Below, one piece after another: positions 1 to 42,117 of a DNA stretch of 42,117 nucleotides. The notes under the pieces were generated by a model. The model worked only from the letters and a program-made list of their open reading frames with translations, did not search any database and was not told where the DNA came from. The DNA is from Phoronis australis. Taxonomy: Eukaryota; Animalia; Phoronida. Positions within the stretch are counted from its first letter, which is position 1; each line of letters starts with the position of its first letter. The stretch covers positions 1-42,117 of the forward strand of contig NMRA01000043.1 of NCBI GenBank assembly GCA_002633005.1. The letters are read 5' to 3'. The position numbers were made by a program, and so were the translations under genes.

Positions 1-318
1 AGACAAAGGCGTATGCTGTCTATTAAAGAGGTAGACAAAGGCATATACTCTGTCTAATTTTATTGCCTTTTCAAACCGTTTGGATTTCAGTTATATTTTT
101 GAGGCTAGTGTCAGTCGATTTTGTTTCATTCAATTTGGTTTTTGTCGTAATTGATCCCGACCTTGCTGGTTCAACAGGACTTGAATGCAATTTTAAACTT
201 TCTTCCAAAGTTTTTATGTTTGCCAAAGATCCTGCTCCATTATTTTGTCTCTAAGTTTAATTAATCCTGTTGATAGTTTAAACGGTAAGAAAGTTTTGGG
301 GCATCCAGTTGAGAAAAC

Positions 319-463
319 AGATAAAATTTGAATCTAATTCTGGAATTTGAAATAAAACTTACTAGAGTTAGAGACGTTGCGTCCGTCTCTCACAGACCTC
401 AGCTTGACTAGTGATGTTATTGTAAGTTTTATTTCAAATTCCAGTATTACTTAAATTTTATCT
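319..463. mobile_element. Short fold-back element / MITE remnant
   Basis: Perfect 23-bp inverted repeat CTGGAATTTGAAATAAAACTTAC (340-362 / 422-444) with imperfect extension; related sequence inverted at 17075-17174. Confidence 0.6.
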
Positions 464-576
464 AGCTTTAAACATTGTTTGAGGTGGTTTGATTCGATTT
501 GTTAACAAGTGAGTGTATCCTTTGACTTGCGTGCCATGCCTTCCGTTAATGGAGAGTATTTCAAATTGTGTTGCAG

Positions 577-41364
<40,788 letters not shown>

Positions 41365-41789
41365 GCAAGTAGAATTAGTTCTAACACGACCTATGAGGTA
41401 GTGTCAAATTGTGTCATCGTGATTGTCCGTGTGGATGCTTGGTTGATCCGGGTAGGTTTCTCCTGGGACAATAACTGCATGGCCATGTGAACAAAGTTGT
41501 AGTCTGTGTTGTGTTCTGGTTCCTGCTTTCTATTTCACTGAACAAATGCAATGTCCAAACGTTAACTTTTGGACAGTTCATTACTGCTTGAGACCAGACT
41601 CAATAGGTTGGTTTGCCCCTTGCATTGTTGTCAATAATACCACCCTGAACTCCGGATTGGGAGTTATACGTCCAGGTTATGTTGGTTGGACAATAGAAAA
41701 ATGGCCAAATTTGGCTTCATATCTTTGAAAAGTCTGATCGTATTCATACAGAACTCCCATATGCTACTGTTCTCCAAAAAGAATCCAGT

Positions 41790-42117
41790 TGTGTTAATAA
41801 TTAGCTAACAATACAGACCTGTGGATTAGGCCTGACCTTAAGTGTTGTGTCATATCTTCATTGTAGTGTGTTAATAATTAGCTAACAATACAGACCTGTT
41901 GATTAGGTCTGACCTTAAGTGTCGTGTCATATCTTCATTGTAGTGTGTTAATAATTAGCTAACAATACAGACCTGTGGATTAGGCCTGACCTTAAGTGTC
42001 GTGTCATATCTTCATTGTAGTGTGTTAATAATTAGCTAACAATACAGACCTGTGGATTAGGCCTGACCTTAAGTGTTGTGTCATATCTTCATTGTAGTGT
42101 GTTAATAATTAGCTAAC
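41790..42117 (+). repeat. 77-bp tandem repeat x4.3+, runs off window end
   Basis: Units start at 41790, 41867, 41944, 42021, 42098; near-identical. Confidence 0.96.

Noticed and set aside
515-523. GTATCCTTT, a perfect U12 5' splice site word, 62 nt before the first acceptor
   Set aside because: The sequence upstream has stops in all three frames and there is no good TCCTTAAC branch site; likely chance.

Overview
Eukaryotic (metazoan, probably invertebrate; a mollusc or other lophotrochozoan is an unverified guess) AT-rich genomic DNA, almost entirely occupied by one intron-rich + strand gene, the PIKK checkpoint kinase ATR. I traced 56 coding exons by hand (577-41364, 6554 nt, about 2184 codons). 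They splice with consistent phase and no internal stop through the HEAT repeats, UME, FAT and kinase domain. The N-terminus and the FATC end lie outside the window. The largest intron (23374-27874) contains a complete 4-exon antisense gene for a secreted 201-aa coiled-coil plus C-type lectin protein with a candidate TATA / X-box / forkhead promoter. The same intron has a minimal hammerhead-ribozyme-like motif and an array of IR1-type nuclear receptor elements. Up to five tandem repeats duplicate ATR splice junctions (four seen directly, one inferred at the window edge). Two kinase-domain introns have GC donors. Two copies of a ~500-bp MITE have 6-bp target-site duplications. No tRNA, rRNA, CRISPR or transposase was recognised. 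All comparisons to human ATR and known families are from recall, not from a search.
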